64,000 nucleotides of DNA from the NCBI RefSeq assembly GCF_003918875.1, contig NW_025767157.1:1922001-1986000 (forward strand). Direction: 5' to 3'. This document shows positions 39,521 to 51,800 of the stretch, one piece after another. A program made the translations under genes and the position numbers. Within the stretch, counting starts at the first letter, position 1. Each line of letters begins with the position of its first letter. The notes under the pieces were generated by a model. That model was not told the origin of the DNA and did no database searches. It worked only from the letters and a program-made list of their open reading frames with translations. Source of the DNA: Haliotis rubra (Eukaryota).

Positions 39521-42500
39521 TCATGAGGATGATGTGAGGAAGACATTTCTGCCAGCATGCATATAGTTTGGCCAGAGTGAACTGAGAGCCTTCGCCTCCT
39601 GCAAGAAAACAGTTAAGGATGACAGTGGAACTCTTGATCAGACTTTGCGTTAATTGGGTATTTATTAACATAAATAATAATATCTAGATTTATCAAGAGC
39701 TGCCCAGAGTCTGATAAATGACAGTTAAGATTACCAGTTCAAATGAAAAAATATTCCCATGTAAAAACAAAATTCAAAGAAAATAGAAAAGAAAAATTCC
39801 AAATTTTCCTGACATTTTCCCAGTTTACCTTCTAAGGGTATTTAGTTTCGAATCCTAAATCAATCCCTGATAGTATTGGGATGTAAATTAGCTGGCATGC
39901 TTGTATACTCACAACAATCCTGCTTTTATCACGGACTTCTTCCATAGTAAGTGGGAGAGGTTTTGGTGGTTCATACACAACAAGCTGATGCTCCGCTTTC
40001 TTCTCTCTGTAAAGATTTTTATTTTCATTGAAGAAATGGTGTTCCTTCCTTTCTAGATGGTGAATAAAACTCCACAAGGTCATTACACAGTTACTCTTCA
40101 CATGCTACACACAGCTCATTCAGTTGTTACACATTCAATAAAAAAAGAGTCGCATCACAGTCAACAATATTTCAGCAATAATGTGATGGCCTGAATCTGA
40201 GCCAGGCAGAACTATACACTGAATGCATAAGCAATGATCTATGTAGTCTGGGTAGCATGACATGCATTCAGCCAGGCGCCTGATTCCCATGTAATCAGCT
40301 CGTGACAAGCAAGAGGTACAGCAAATTCTCATCATGTATGAAAATGGGAGCAGAGTTGTGTCCGTTGGGCATGACAGAAATCTATTATAGGTTTGAATCC
40401 TGGTTTGCCTCTATTATATTTCTAGGTTTGTCTGTACCAACTCATGCTTGTGGGTTTCAGCAAAACATGGTATGACTAGAATGCTGCATTAACCAAACTG
40501 CACTCACTCATAATATGGGACACAAGATTTAAGTAGGTTTAAACACAAATATAACACTGTAAAACGATACTATTTGTAACAATACAACTTTCACTTTCTG
40601 GATTTTGTTCCACACTGACATATTCCCACACAACAGTCATCGTAGCTGCCCAATAACCATTTCAGTCTGGCGATCAATATACGGTTAACATATCTGTCTT
40701 GGAGAAATCGTGGAGGTTCAACAATCTGGTACTCACTGTCTGGGTGTTGTTGAAACAGAACTCCCTCTGCTATGTGTGCTGTGCTCGGCCATCATGGCCA
40801 CCTTGGTCATTGTCGGCACACCCTCCCTCTCTGATTCACGACCAGAGATAGGTGGGAGGCGCTGGCTGGCAGGGGGTAGGGACGGGGCAGCTTCATGAGT
40901 CTCCCAGTAATAATCTGATATCTGAGCAAATAAAGCATATCATAGCATGACATGACGGACACAGATGGAGTAACATGTATAAGTATAACATCCACACATC
41001 CTTATCATCTTTGAATACATTGGTTGTGAAATATTTTGAAAAATGAGCATGAAATGGGAAGGAGTCAATGCCACATTCAAGAATATTTCACTTCCATAGC
41101 GATGTGCATGTGTAAGTCTGGCAGCTTGTACTATTCAGGACTATTCCCCTTTATCCTTTGGTATGATGTGACCAGGGGATCACGCCACCAATCTTCTTCA
41201 GACAGGTGCTCTATGCACTACACTGAAGGCAGGTGTTCTGTGCACTACACTGAAGGCAGGTGCTCTATGCACTACACTGAAGGCAGGTGTTCTGTGCACT
41301 ACACTGAAGGCAGGTGCTCTATGCACTACACTGAAGGCAGGTGTTCTATGCACTACACTGAAGGCAGGTGTTCTATGCACTACACTGAAGGCAGGTGTTC
41401 TATGCACTACACTGAAGGCAGGTACTCTATGCACTACACTGAAGGCAGGTGTTCTGTGCACTACACTGAAGACAGGTGCTCTATGCACTACACTGAAGAC
41501 AGGTGTTCTGTGCACTACACTGAAGGCAGGTGTTCTGTGCACTACACTGAAGGCAGGTGTTCTATGCACTACACTGAAGGCAGGTGTTCTATACACTACA
41601 CTGAAGGCAGGTGTTCTGTGCACTACACTGAAGGCAGGTACTCTATGCACTACACTGAAGGCAGGTGTTCTGTGCACTACACTGAAAGCAGGTGTTCTAT
41701 GCACTACACTGAAGGCAGGTGTTCTGTGCACTACACTGAAGGCAGGTGTTCTGTGCACTACACTGAAGGCAGGTGTTCTATGCACTACACTGAAGGCAGG
41801 TACTCTATGCACTACACTGAAGGCAGGTGTTCTGTGCACTACACTGAAGGCAGGTGTTCTATGCACTACACTGAAGGCAGGTGTTCTATGCACTACACTG
41901 AAGGCAGGTGTTCTGTGCACTACACTGAAGGCAGGTGTTCTATGCACTACACTGAAGGCAGGTGTTCTATGCACTACACTGAAGGCAGGTGTTCTGTGCA
42001 CTACACTGAAGGCAGGTACTCTATGCACTACACTGAAGGCAGGTGTTCTGTGCACTACACTGAAGGCAGGTGCTCTATGCACTACACTGAAGGCAGGTGC
42101 TCTATGCACTACACTGAAGACAGGTGCTCTGTGCACTACACTGAAGACAGGTGTTCTGTGCACTACACTGAAGGCAGGTGTTCTGTGCACCACACTGAAG
42201 GCAGGTGTTCTATGCACTACACTGAAGGCAGGTGTTCTATGCACTACACTGAAGGCAGGTGTTCTATGCACTACACTGAAGGCAGGTACTCTATGCACTA
42301 CACTGAAGGCAGGTGTTCTGTGCACTACACTGAAGACAGATGCTCTATGCACTACACTGAAGACAGGTGTTCTGTGCACTACACTGAAGGCAGGTGTTCT
42401 GTGCACTACACTGAAGGCAGGTGTTCTATGCACTACACTGAAGGCAGGTGTTCTATGCACTACACTGAAGGCAGGTACTCTATGCACTACACTGAAGGCA

Positions 42501-45500
42501 GGTGTTCTGTGCACTACACTGAAGGCAGGTACTCTATGCACTACACTGAAGGCAGGTGTTCTGTGCACTACACTGAAGACAGGTGCTCTATGCACTACAC
42601 TGAAGACAGGTGTTCTGTGCACTACACTGAAGGCAGGTGTTCTGTGCACTACACTGAAGGCAGGTGTTCTATGCACTACACTGAAGGCAGGTGTTCTATA
42701 CACTACACTGAAGGCAGGTGTTCTGTGCACCACACTGAAGGCAGGTACTCTATGCACTACACTGAAGGCAGGTGTTCTGTGCACTACACTGAAGGCAGGT
42801 GTTCTATGCACTACACTGAAGGCAGGTGTTCTGTGCACTACACTGAAGGCAGGTGTTCTATGCACTACACTGAAGGCAGGTGTTCTATGCACTACACTGA
42901 AGGCAGGTACTCTATGCACTACACTGAAGGCAGGTGTTCTGTGCACTACACTGAAGGCAGGGTGTTCTATGCACTACACTGAAGGCAGGTGTTCTATGCA
43001 CTACACTGAAGGCAGGTGTTCTGTGCACTACACTGAAGGCAGGTGTTCTATGCACTACACACTGAAGGCAGGTGTTCTATGCACTACACTGAAGGCAGGT
43101 GTTCTGTGCACTACACTGAAGGCAGGTACTCTATGCACTACACTGAAGGCAGGTGTTCTGTGCACTACACTGAAGGCAGGTGCTCTATGCACTACACACT
43201 GAAGGCAGGTGCTCTATGCACTACACTGAAGACAGGTGCTCTGTGCACTACACTGAAGACAGGTGTTCTGTGCACTACACACTGAAGGCAGGTGTTCTGT
43301 GCACTACACTGAAGGCAGGTGTTCTATGCACCACACTGAAGGCAGGTGTTCTATGCACTACACACTGAAGGCAGGTGCTCTATGCACTACACTGAAGGCA
43401 GGTGCTCTATGCACTACACTGAAGGCAGGTGCTCTATGCACTACACTGAAGGCAGGTGTTCTATGCGCACTACACTGAAGGCAGGTACTCTATGCACTAC
43501 ACTGAAGGCAGGTGTTCTGTGCACTACACTGAAGGCAGGTGTTCTATGCACTACACTGAAGGCAGGTGTTCTATGCACTACACTGAAGGCAGGTGCTCTA
43601 TGCACTACACTGAAGGCAGGTGTTCTATGCACTACACTGAAGGCAGGTGTTCTATGCACTACACTGAAGGCAGGTACTCTATGCACTACACTGAAGGCAG
43701 GTGTTCTGTGCACTACACTGAAGGCAGGTGTTCTATGCACTACACTGAAGGCAGGTGTTCTATGCACTACACTGAAGGCAGGTACTCTATGCACTACACT
43801 GAAGGCAGGTGTTCTGTGCACTACACTGAAGGCAGGTGTTCTATGCACTACACTGAAGGCAGGTGTTCTATGCACTACACTGAAGGCAGGTGTTCTGTGC
43901 ACTACACTGAAGGCAGGTGTTCTATGCACTACACTGAAGGCAGGTGTTCTATGCACTACACTGAAGGCAGGTGTTCTGTGCACTACACTGAAGGCAGGTA
44001 CTCTATGCACTACACTGAAGGCAGGTGTTCTGTGCACTACACTGAAGGCAGGTGCTCTATGCACTACACTGAAGGCAGGTGCTCTATGCACTACACTGAA
44101 GACAGGTGCTCTGTGCACTACACTGAAGACAGGTGTTCTGTGCACTACACTGAAGGCAGGTGTTCTGTGCACTACACTGAAGGCAGGTGTTCTATGCACT
44201 ACACTGAAGGCAGGTGTTCTATGCACTACACTGAAGGCAGGTGCTCTATGCACTACACTGAAGGCAGGTGCTCTATGCACTACACTGAAGGCAGGTGCTC
44301 TATGCACTACACTGAAGGCAGGTGCTCTATGCACTACACTGGGAAGGCAGGTGCTCTATGCACTACACTGAAGGCAGGTGCTCTATGCACTACACTGAAG
44401 GCAGGTGCTCTATGCACTACACTGAAGGCAGGTGCTCTATGCACTACACTGAAGGCAGGTGCTCTATGCACAACACTGAAGGCAGGTGCTCTATGCACTA
44501 CACTGATAATCTCAGTGAAACATTGTATGCTAGGTTTCAGTTGATGACAACCATTAAGTTTGCCTGACCGTGAAATTCAGCTAAACCTGAATCGGTTTAA
44601 ATGTTAATATCCAAATACAAATAACTTCTAACTCACAAGATCTGTTAAATCAGGTCCATCCAACAAGAAAGCAAGGTCTGAGTGCTTGTCTAAGATTCTG
44701 AAAAAACAAACAATAATCAGTATAAATAACTTCAGATACATGTTACACATATCATAAGGTCTACAAGGAAGGAAGCAGAAAGATTGTTTTATATCTGACT
44801 TCTTTATATCACTTTAATCATATGTATCTTATCAAATATAGGAAGGGAGAACAACAAAAAGTTTCAATGATAATTAAAATAATGTTATGGTAATACTGCT
44901 TTTGGATACATTTCTCCATTTTTAAGGAAGTTCTTTGAACATAACTGAAAATATAATATACATATGAGTACATATTAGTTCTGACAAATTGAAAATATAG
45001 TTAAGCTCACATGTAGACTAGGCTCTATAGAGCTACTATACCCATATATTAACCATATTATGCAATACCCAGCACTATGTTAAAGTAAAATGCCTCTATC
45101 TGACAGTGTTAGTAGTCTACAATGTTCTGTTACCTGTACCCTGCATACCCTCTTGCATTACTGCACACTAATACCGGTTTTCTCAGTTTAGAAGACAAGA
45201 AATGTCTACAAGTCACTAATGGAAGCAATCTGATGGCACATGTAGTAGGAATTTCTTGTGTATTAACCAATCTGCTACTAAACAATATTCAGTGGATGAA
45301 GGTCAGCTCAGAAAAATCATACATGTCATGTGTTCTACGAGAAAGCTGTTTATATTTGTAAAATAATAAATTTCGCCCCTTCACCGTCATTGCTTTCAAG
45401 AATTACAGTAATTATTTCTTGAATTCTTACCAATATATCACATACCATTTCTTAAGATCACTATCTAGATGTGTCCTTTGTTAGAGAACTAGCTTCTTAG

Positions 45501-45677
45501 ACTAAACACAATGCAGTAACCAAACTATTACCTGACAATTCCACAGTTTGAACCTTACAATTCTAGCTAAACATGGATAAACATGATCTACATCTATTTA
45601 GAATTGAAGCACATCTGACCTCACTAAGACTTCTGAATACTCATAAACCACCGGCGGAACCAGCTTGTGGTGTGTCA

Positions 45678-45709
<32 letters not shown>

Positions 45710-45739
45710 ACGCTGCACTTGCCTACACGCACTGCACAC

Positions 45740-45808
<69 letters not shown>

Positions 45809-48800
45809 CTTTCTTTCCCGACTCCTCAAATGTTCCCAGCATCCTTGGCCAGGTCACATCATGACTTGGGTATTATGTGCACCCACCCTTTCTCAATATC
45901 CTGGATCCGCCTGTACGAGTTATTACAAAACTAAGGACAAGTTATCAACTAAGCAGATTTAAACTTCACCATATGGTACCAGATACCTCAGATTCTTTAA
46001 TGAACTGAAACATGGAATACACTTTGTTAATTTCTTACATTCTGAGTATTTTCAGGTATACTCTGTCAGCTTGAGATTTTAAATTACAAAAAAGGTTACA
46101 TGCCAAGAGGAATGACAGATTGTTTTAATTTTAAGAAGGAAAGTGATTTGGTAAAGAACTGACAGTTGCTGTCAGCATTCATATTCAAATAAGTTCTACA
46201 TAAATACTGAGGACTAACATGAACGAGTATGGTTTTATGCCACTTTTAGCAACATTCCAGCAATATCAAGGTGAGTGACACCAGAAATGGGCTCCATACA
46301 TCGTACCCCTGGAGGGACTTGGACCTGAGTCTTCGATGTGACAAACAAACGCTTTAACCACAAGACTATCCCAACATCCCACTGAGTACTAAATAACAAC
46401 ACTAATTCTTTAACAAAATATAATTTCATCTTAAGGAGACACATGCATGAGGGCTTCCCATGCTACATCATGGTGACAGTCAGTCATTAGTGAGTGTTGT
46501 TATAACACCAGCAGCAGTCATTCTGCTGTATAACAGCAGTTCTGTTTGGTGTTTAATGCTGCACTCAGCAATAATTCAGCATATAATAGAGGTCTGTAAA
46601 CAACTGAGTCCAGACCACATAATACTGACTGACTGAGTTTGGTTTTACGCCGCTTTTAGCAATATTCCAGCAATATCATGGCGGGGGACACCAGAAATGG
46701 GCTTCACTCATTGTACCCATGTGGGGATTCGAACCCGGGTCTTCGGCGTGACGAACCAACGCTTTAACCACTAGACTACCCCACCGCCCCAGACCACACA
46801 ATAAGTTATTTATGGGTAAACTGACTGCATCAACCAAGTCTGTGTGCATGAAATCACATGTGACAAATGACCCATTTAGGAGTTGCTTGGTGATGATGCT
46901 TTCAGAAATTACACTGCTGTGTTCCACCTGTGTGTACCTGTACAACAGTACAGGTAAATATAAAGCCCATAATCTCATCCAAAAATATATTTTAAATGAG
47001 TGAGTTTAGTTTTACACCACACTCAGCAATATTCCAGCTACAGTCAACTCTCGTTAATCCGACACTCATTAATCCGACAATCACGTTAATCCGAAAAAAA
47101 ATTAGGGAACCATTTATGCTGATATGCGGTAAAAACAAACGTGAGTTTTGTGCCAATGTGGTCATGAAATAGATATGAAACTGTTCGCTTACGTGATTAT
47201 ATATGTATGTTATGCCATCTATGAATGTTAATAAATGATAACAAGTATGTATTGTAAGTATTTTTTATTTCTGTGAATATTTTTACGTACGATGAAGATA
47301 ACTAGATCTGCCATTTCTGATATGCATGCAACAGTAGGACGATCATGACATTTAGTAAACATTGATATTTTCACACAAATACATTAATCCGACATTTTCA
47401 TTAATCCGACATTTCCGTTAATCCGACATATTTCTCTGCAACCACAAGTGTCGGATTAACGAGAGTTGACTGTATATGGTGGCGATCTGTAAATAATCGA
47501 GGCTGGACCAGACAATCCAGTGATCAACAGCATGAGCATCAATCTACGCAACTCGGATACGATGATGGGTCAACCAAGTCAGCGATCCTGACCACCCGAT
47601 CCCGTTAGTCGCCTCTTAGGACAAGCATGGGTTGGTGGAGATCAATTCTAACCCGGGTACATTTTATATGACAGTTGCAGAACCTGTTTTGGCAAAAACT
47701 CAGCATCTCATCTCATGAATAACTGCATACCGTACATGACTACAGATAAACTGAGGCATTAACTTGACTCTTAAAACCTCAATCCAAACATTATGTCCCT
47801 AATATAAGCCAAACTGAGTAGAAGTGCAAACTCGGACCGCAAGACGACTGACAGTTATTCACGAGTATATCATGTAAAACAAAAGCTTCTTCAAAAAGTG
47901 ATAACATTCGTAGAGGACAGAGGTTGCAATGCCACCTGTGTTTACCTGGTTGCTGCAGCACTGTTGGCCATGGCAAGCTGGTGCATCTTGTGTAACTTCT
48001 TCAAGAACTTGCGTCTCTGTTTTTCCTTTGCCTTCAAGTCTATCTTCAGTTGTATCTGTCATGATGACATGGAGAGTTGTGTGAATACACGACATATATG
48101 TATATTGACAAATTATGTGCTCAGGATTCCATCTATCGTGAGATATTCATGAGAACTGAGTATGTACTGATTGGCCAAAGGAACGTTTGTATAATTTCCT
48201 GTTTGTTTGGGGGTCAATATGAGCTGGGCAAGTGACATTTTCATGTGGACTATCACTTTCACCTTTATTTAGATGGCAACACTGTTGTAAATATTTTCAA
48301 ACCCTGATGTGGCAGACAAAAACAGTCATCACTACATTCCATCAAATAGTCAGCTGCCACTAGTCTAATGCTGGTGTAGACTAATGCTTTTCTCTGAATA
48401 TATATAATTTTGACAGAAACAAATAATTCCTTTTAAATTTAAAAGAAGCCCTAATCGGATGGGAAGTTTAGGAACCTGGGAAATCTGGATTTGTTTCATT
48501 TAGGGCTTTAGCACTCCAGAAAGGTCTAGGAGTAAGGAAAATAACATGTTATGGTTCAGGGACTGTGAGACCAGTTAACGCTGCTGCAGCAGCCAGGCGT
48601 ACCTCTTCGGGGTCTGGTGGCTTCTTTCCCAGGTCCATGGTGAAGCAGTGGAGGGGCGGCATCTCCAGCTGTGGGACAGAAGGAAGCAGACGTCACAACA
48701 GTCATCATTGGGGTACAAACCGTTCATGTATAGACATGTCACTGACTAATGGCAATTCTTTTTGATCATAGGGATTTTGAGTAAAATCTAGCAATTATTA

Positions 48801-51800
48801 AAAAAGCACCATGCATTAACAAACATGGAAACTATATGGTCTGGATGTCCCATATCAAGCTGACATGCAGTGACATAAATGTTATACTGTTCAATGTGGA
48901 AATAAACTCAACTCACTCCCATGTTAAAACATCCCTTGTCAGACAACTTTCTCTTATATTTGATTTTTTGGGCCTCTTTTAGCATAACTCCAGAAATGTG
49001 GCAAAGACACTAAGAATGACCTTGTACCGTAAGGGACCAAAATATGTCTTCAAGAGACACAGAATGCTTTGGCCACTACACGTCTGAATTATGTCCTACC
49101 TTGGGAAACCTCTTCTCCAGGTCGATGGCTGCTTGTCTGGAAGGGCTGAGTGATGGAGACTCAATAGCCTGGCCAGGGAGAAACACAATGTCACATCCTT
49201 GCTCATTAAACAATATAGCCATATGATTGGCCAATCTAGCCATATGGTTGACCAATCACTGTCTTATACCGATATCCTGACATCACTATGTTTGATATGA
49301 CATCACTTGTTTACCATCACTATGTTTGATATGACATCACTTGTTTACCATCACTATGTTTGATATGACATCACTTGTCTACCATCACTGTTTAATATGA
49401 CATCGTTTGTCTACCATCACTGTTTGATATGACATCACTTGTTTACCATCACTATGTTTGATATGACATCACTTGTTTACCATCACTATGTTTGATTTGA
49501 CATCACTTGTTTACTATCACTATGTTTGATATGACATCACTATGTTTGATATGACATCACTTGTTTACTATCACTATGTTTGATATGACATCACTATGTT
49601 TGATATGACATCACTTGTTTACCATCACTGTTTGATATGACATCACTTGTTTACCATCACTGTTTGATATGACATCACTTGTTTACCATCACTATGTTTG
49701 ATATGACATCACTTGTTTACTATCACTATGTTTGATGACATCACTTGTTTACTATCACTATGTTTGATATGACATCACTTGTTTACCATCACTATGTTTG
49801 ATATGACATCACTTGTTTACCATCACTGTTTGATATGACATCACTTGTTTACCATCACTGTTTGATATGACATCACTTGTTTACCATCACTATGTTTGAT
49901 ATGACATCACTTGTTTACCATCACTATGTTTGATATGACATCACTTGTTTACCATCACTATGTTTGATATGACATCACTTGTTTACTTTCACTATGTTTG
50001 ACATGACATCACTTGTTTACCATCACTATGTTTGATACGACATCACTTGTTTACCATCACTATGTTTGATATGACATCACTTGTTTATCATTTCTCCATT
50101 TGGACATTGACTTGTTACTACACTTTGTAGCTACAAGTTAGTATCAAAAACTTTCCTATCAAGCATCACAGAGATAGTGTCATTAGAGCTATGAAAGACC
50201 CTGTCTGAACTTTGAGCTTCTACACTAAAAGTCTAATTACAGTCACACAATGGATCTAACTGTCACACAAAAGAATTCCACCAAAACGATTCCTTGTAAC
50301 TTCTGAGTGATAACTTTTGTTATGTGTCAAAAGCAAGTTATACACTGTTTTAGGGGCTGAAAGTTCTTGTACATGTGTCAACTTTTAGTCTTGTGGTGTT
50401 AGGCCTATTCAGCTGGTAAAATCCTGTACATCTCAGAACACTATCCCGACACATAATGTTAATCTCATGACCTTCTATGAAGGAACTGGCAGGTCCTGAG
50501 AGAGGAAAATATAGAATAAGAGTAAGAGATATTTTTGGAAAAAGCACTATACACCAGAAAATAAGGAAGTATACGATCGTCCCAAACTGTTCTGCTGACC
50601 TGGTGTATGTGGCTATATCTCTGTGTGACGGCCCAGGTGTCGTGAGTGGTGGGTCGCGACGATTCCTTCGACTCCGCAATCTGACTGAGAGAGCGAGTGT
50701 GTTCCCTCGCTGGGGACTGCGTGGCAGACGTCACAATGTTCTGGTGGAAGCTGGAGGTGGCAGCAAGACCGTCTACATTCAAAAACAGAAACACTCACTT
50801 ACAGGAGAACTAGCTTCGGGCAAATGGCAGGACCTATGATGTTTCAATCAAGGCATACAAATAGTACCATGTGTGATAACTCAAATAGTGTTTGTGTATC
50901 AACGCACCAGCTGCAAATTATCGAGGCACAATGTGTCACCTCACACAAAGCATTAGCTTCAATATCTAGACACCAAATATGGTCAAATGATCATAAAGAA
51001 ATTGTTTCTAACCATAACTGACCCAGGAATGAAACCGGTCTTTGACATGTCAAGGAAACTGAAACCACCAGACTCCTCACCATCCACCGCCATTAGTCTA
51101 AAACCTGAGTTGGTAAAAGTATGTTTGGGCTACTAAGCTCAACTAATACTATTCCATACATTAAAAAGGAAATTCTAGATATGAAGGCTCAGACGCTTGC
51201 CCAGACCTGGGAAGTGAGAGAAGAAGACTTGTGGTTTCCTCATCTCCAGCCAGAACCTGTCCAGGTCGTCCTGACCTCGTAGCTTCCCCTCCTTCAGCAT
51301 CTTCTCCTGCAGGCCGAGGATCTGGAGGAGAGGACATGGGATACAGTAGGGGGACACTGACTGGTAATGAAGAGGAACACTAGAGGAGAAGACATGGGAT
51401 ACAGTAGGGGGACACTGACTGGTAATGAAGAGGAGGTGGGGTGGGGGTGGGGCAGGGGACACTTTTAAAGGTAACTGGTTTTGAGGGAAAGAGGGAATGT
51501 TGCAGTATCAGCAATCCTGGTCCTGCTCTCAGTGATTAACCTAACTTGGATAATTATGTCGGCTTAGTTGTGAGATCAGTTAAACTGGTCAACCCAAAGT
51601 GATGCAGGCCACATCTGAAGGATACCTATATATTCAATGGTCGGAAGTATTGACAGTCCAAGGATCAAAATCGGGTCAATCAAGGATTCAAACATTTGTA
51701 GTCTAGCATGATGAAGGTAAGCCAGTCTGTATGACAAATTGTTTCACATAGGCTACATTTGACCACTTTGTGTGTTCAGATTGCTTTAGCTCAGACACAA

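Noticed and set aside
41131-41217. Exon-like minus-strand segment CIEHLSEEDWWRDPLVTSYQRIKGNSPE* at the array edge
   Set aside because: It ends in a stop and is not needed; the DLTDL|ISDYYW join gives a continuous frame. It could at most be a cryptic terminal exon.
41036-44567. Long ORFs (648, 582, 362, 341, 297 aa) of repeated 9-aa units
   Set aside because: By-products of a stop-free 27-bp minisatellite, open on both strands and broken by indels; the flanking exons (44637 to 40921) splice in phase across it.
45573-45962. His/Thr- and Cys/Val-rich ORFs
   Set aside because: Translations of the (CA)n microsatellite.
50803-50833. Exon-like segment with a strong GTAAGT donor in the minus-strand gene
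   Set aside because: It would leave an intron of only ~30 nt before the 50772 acceptor, and the phases conflict.
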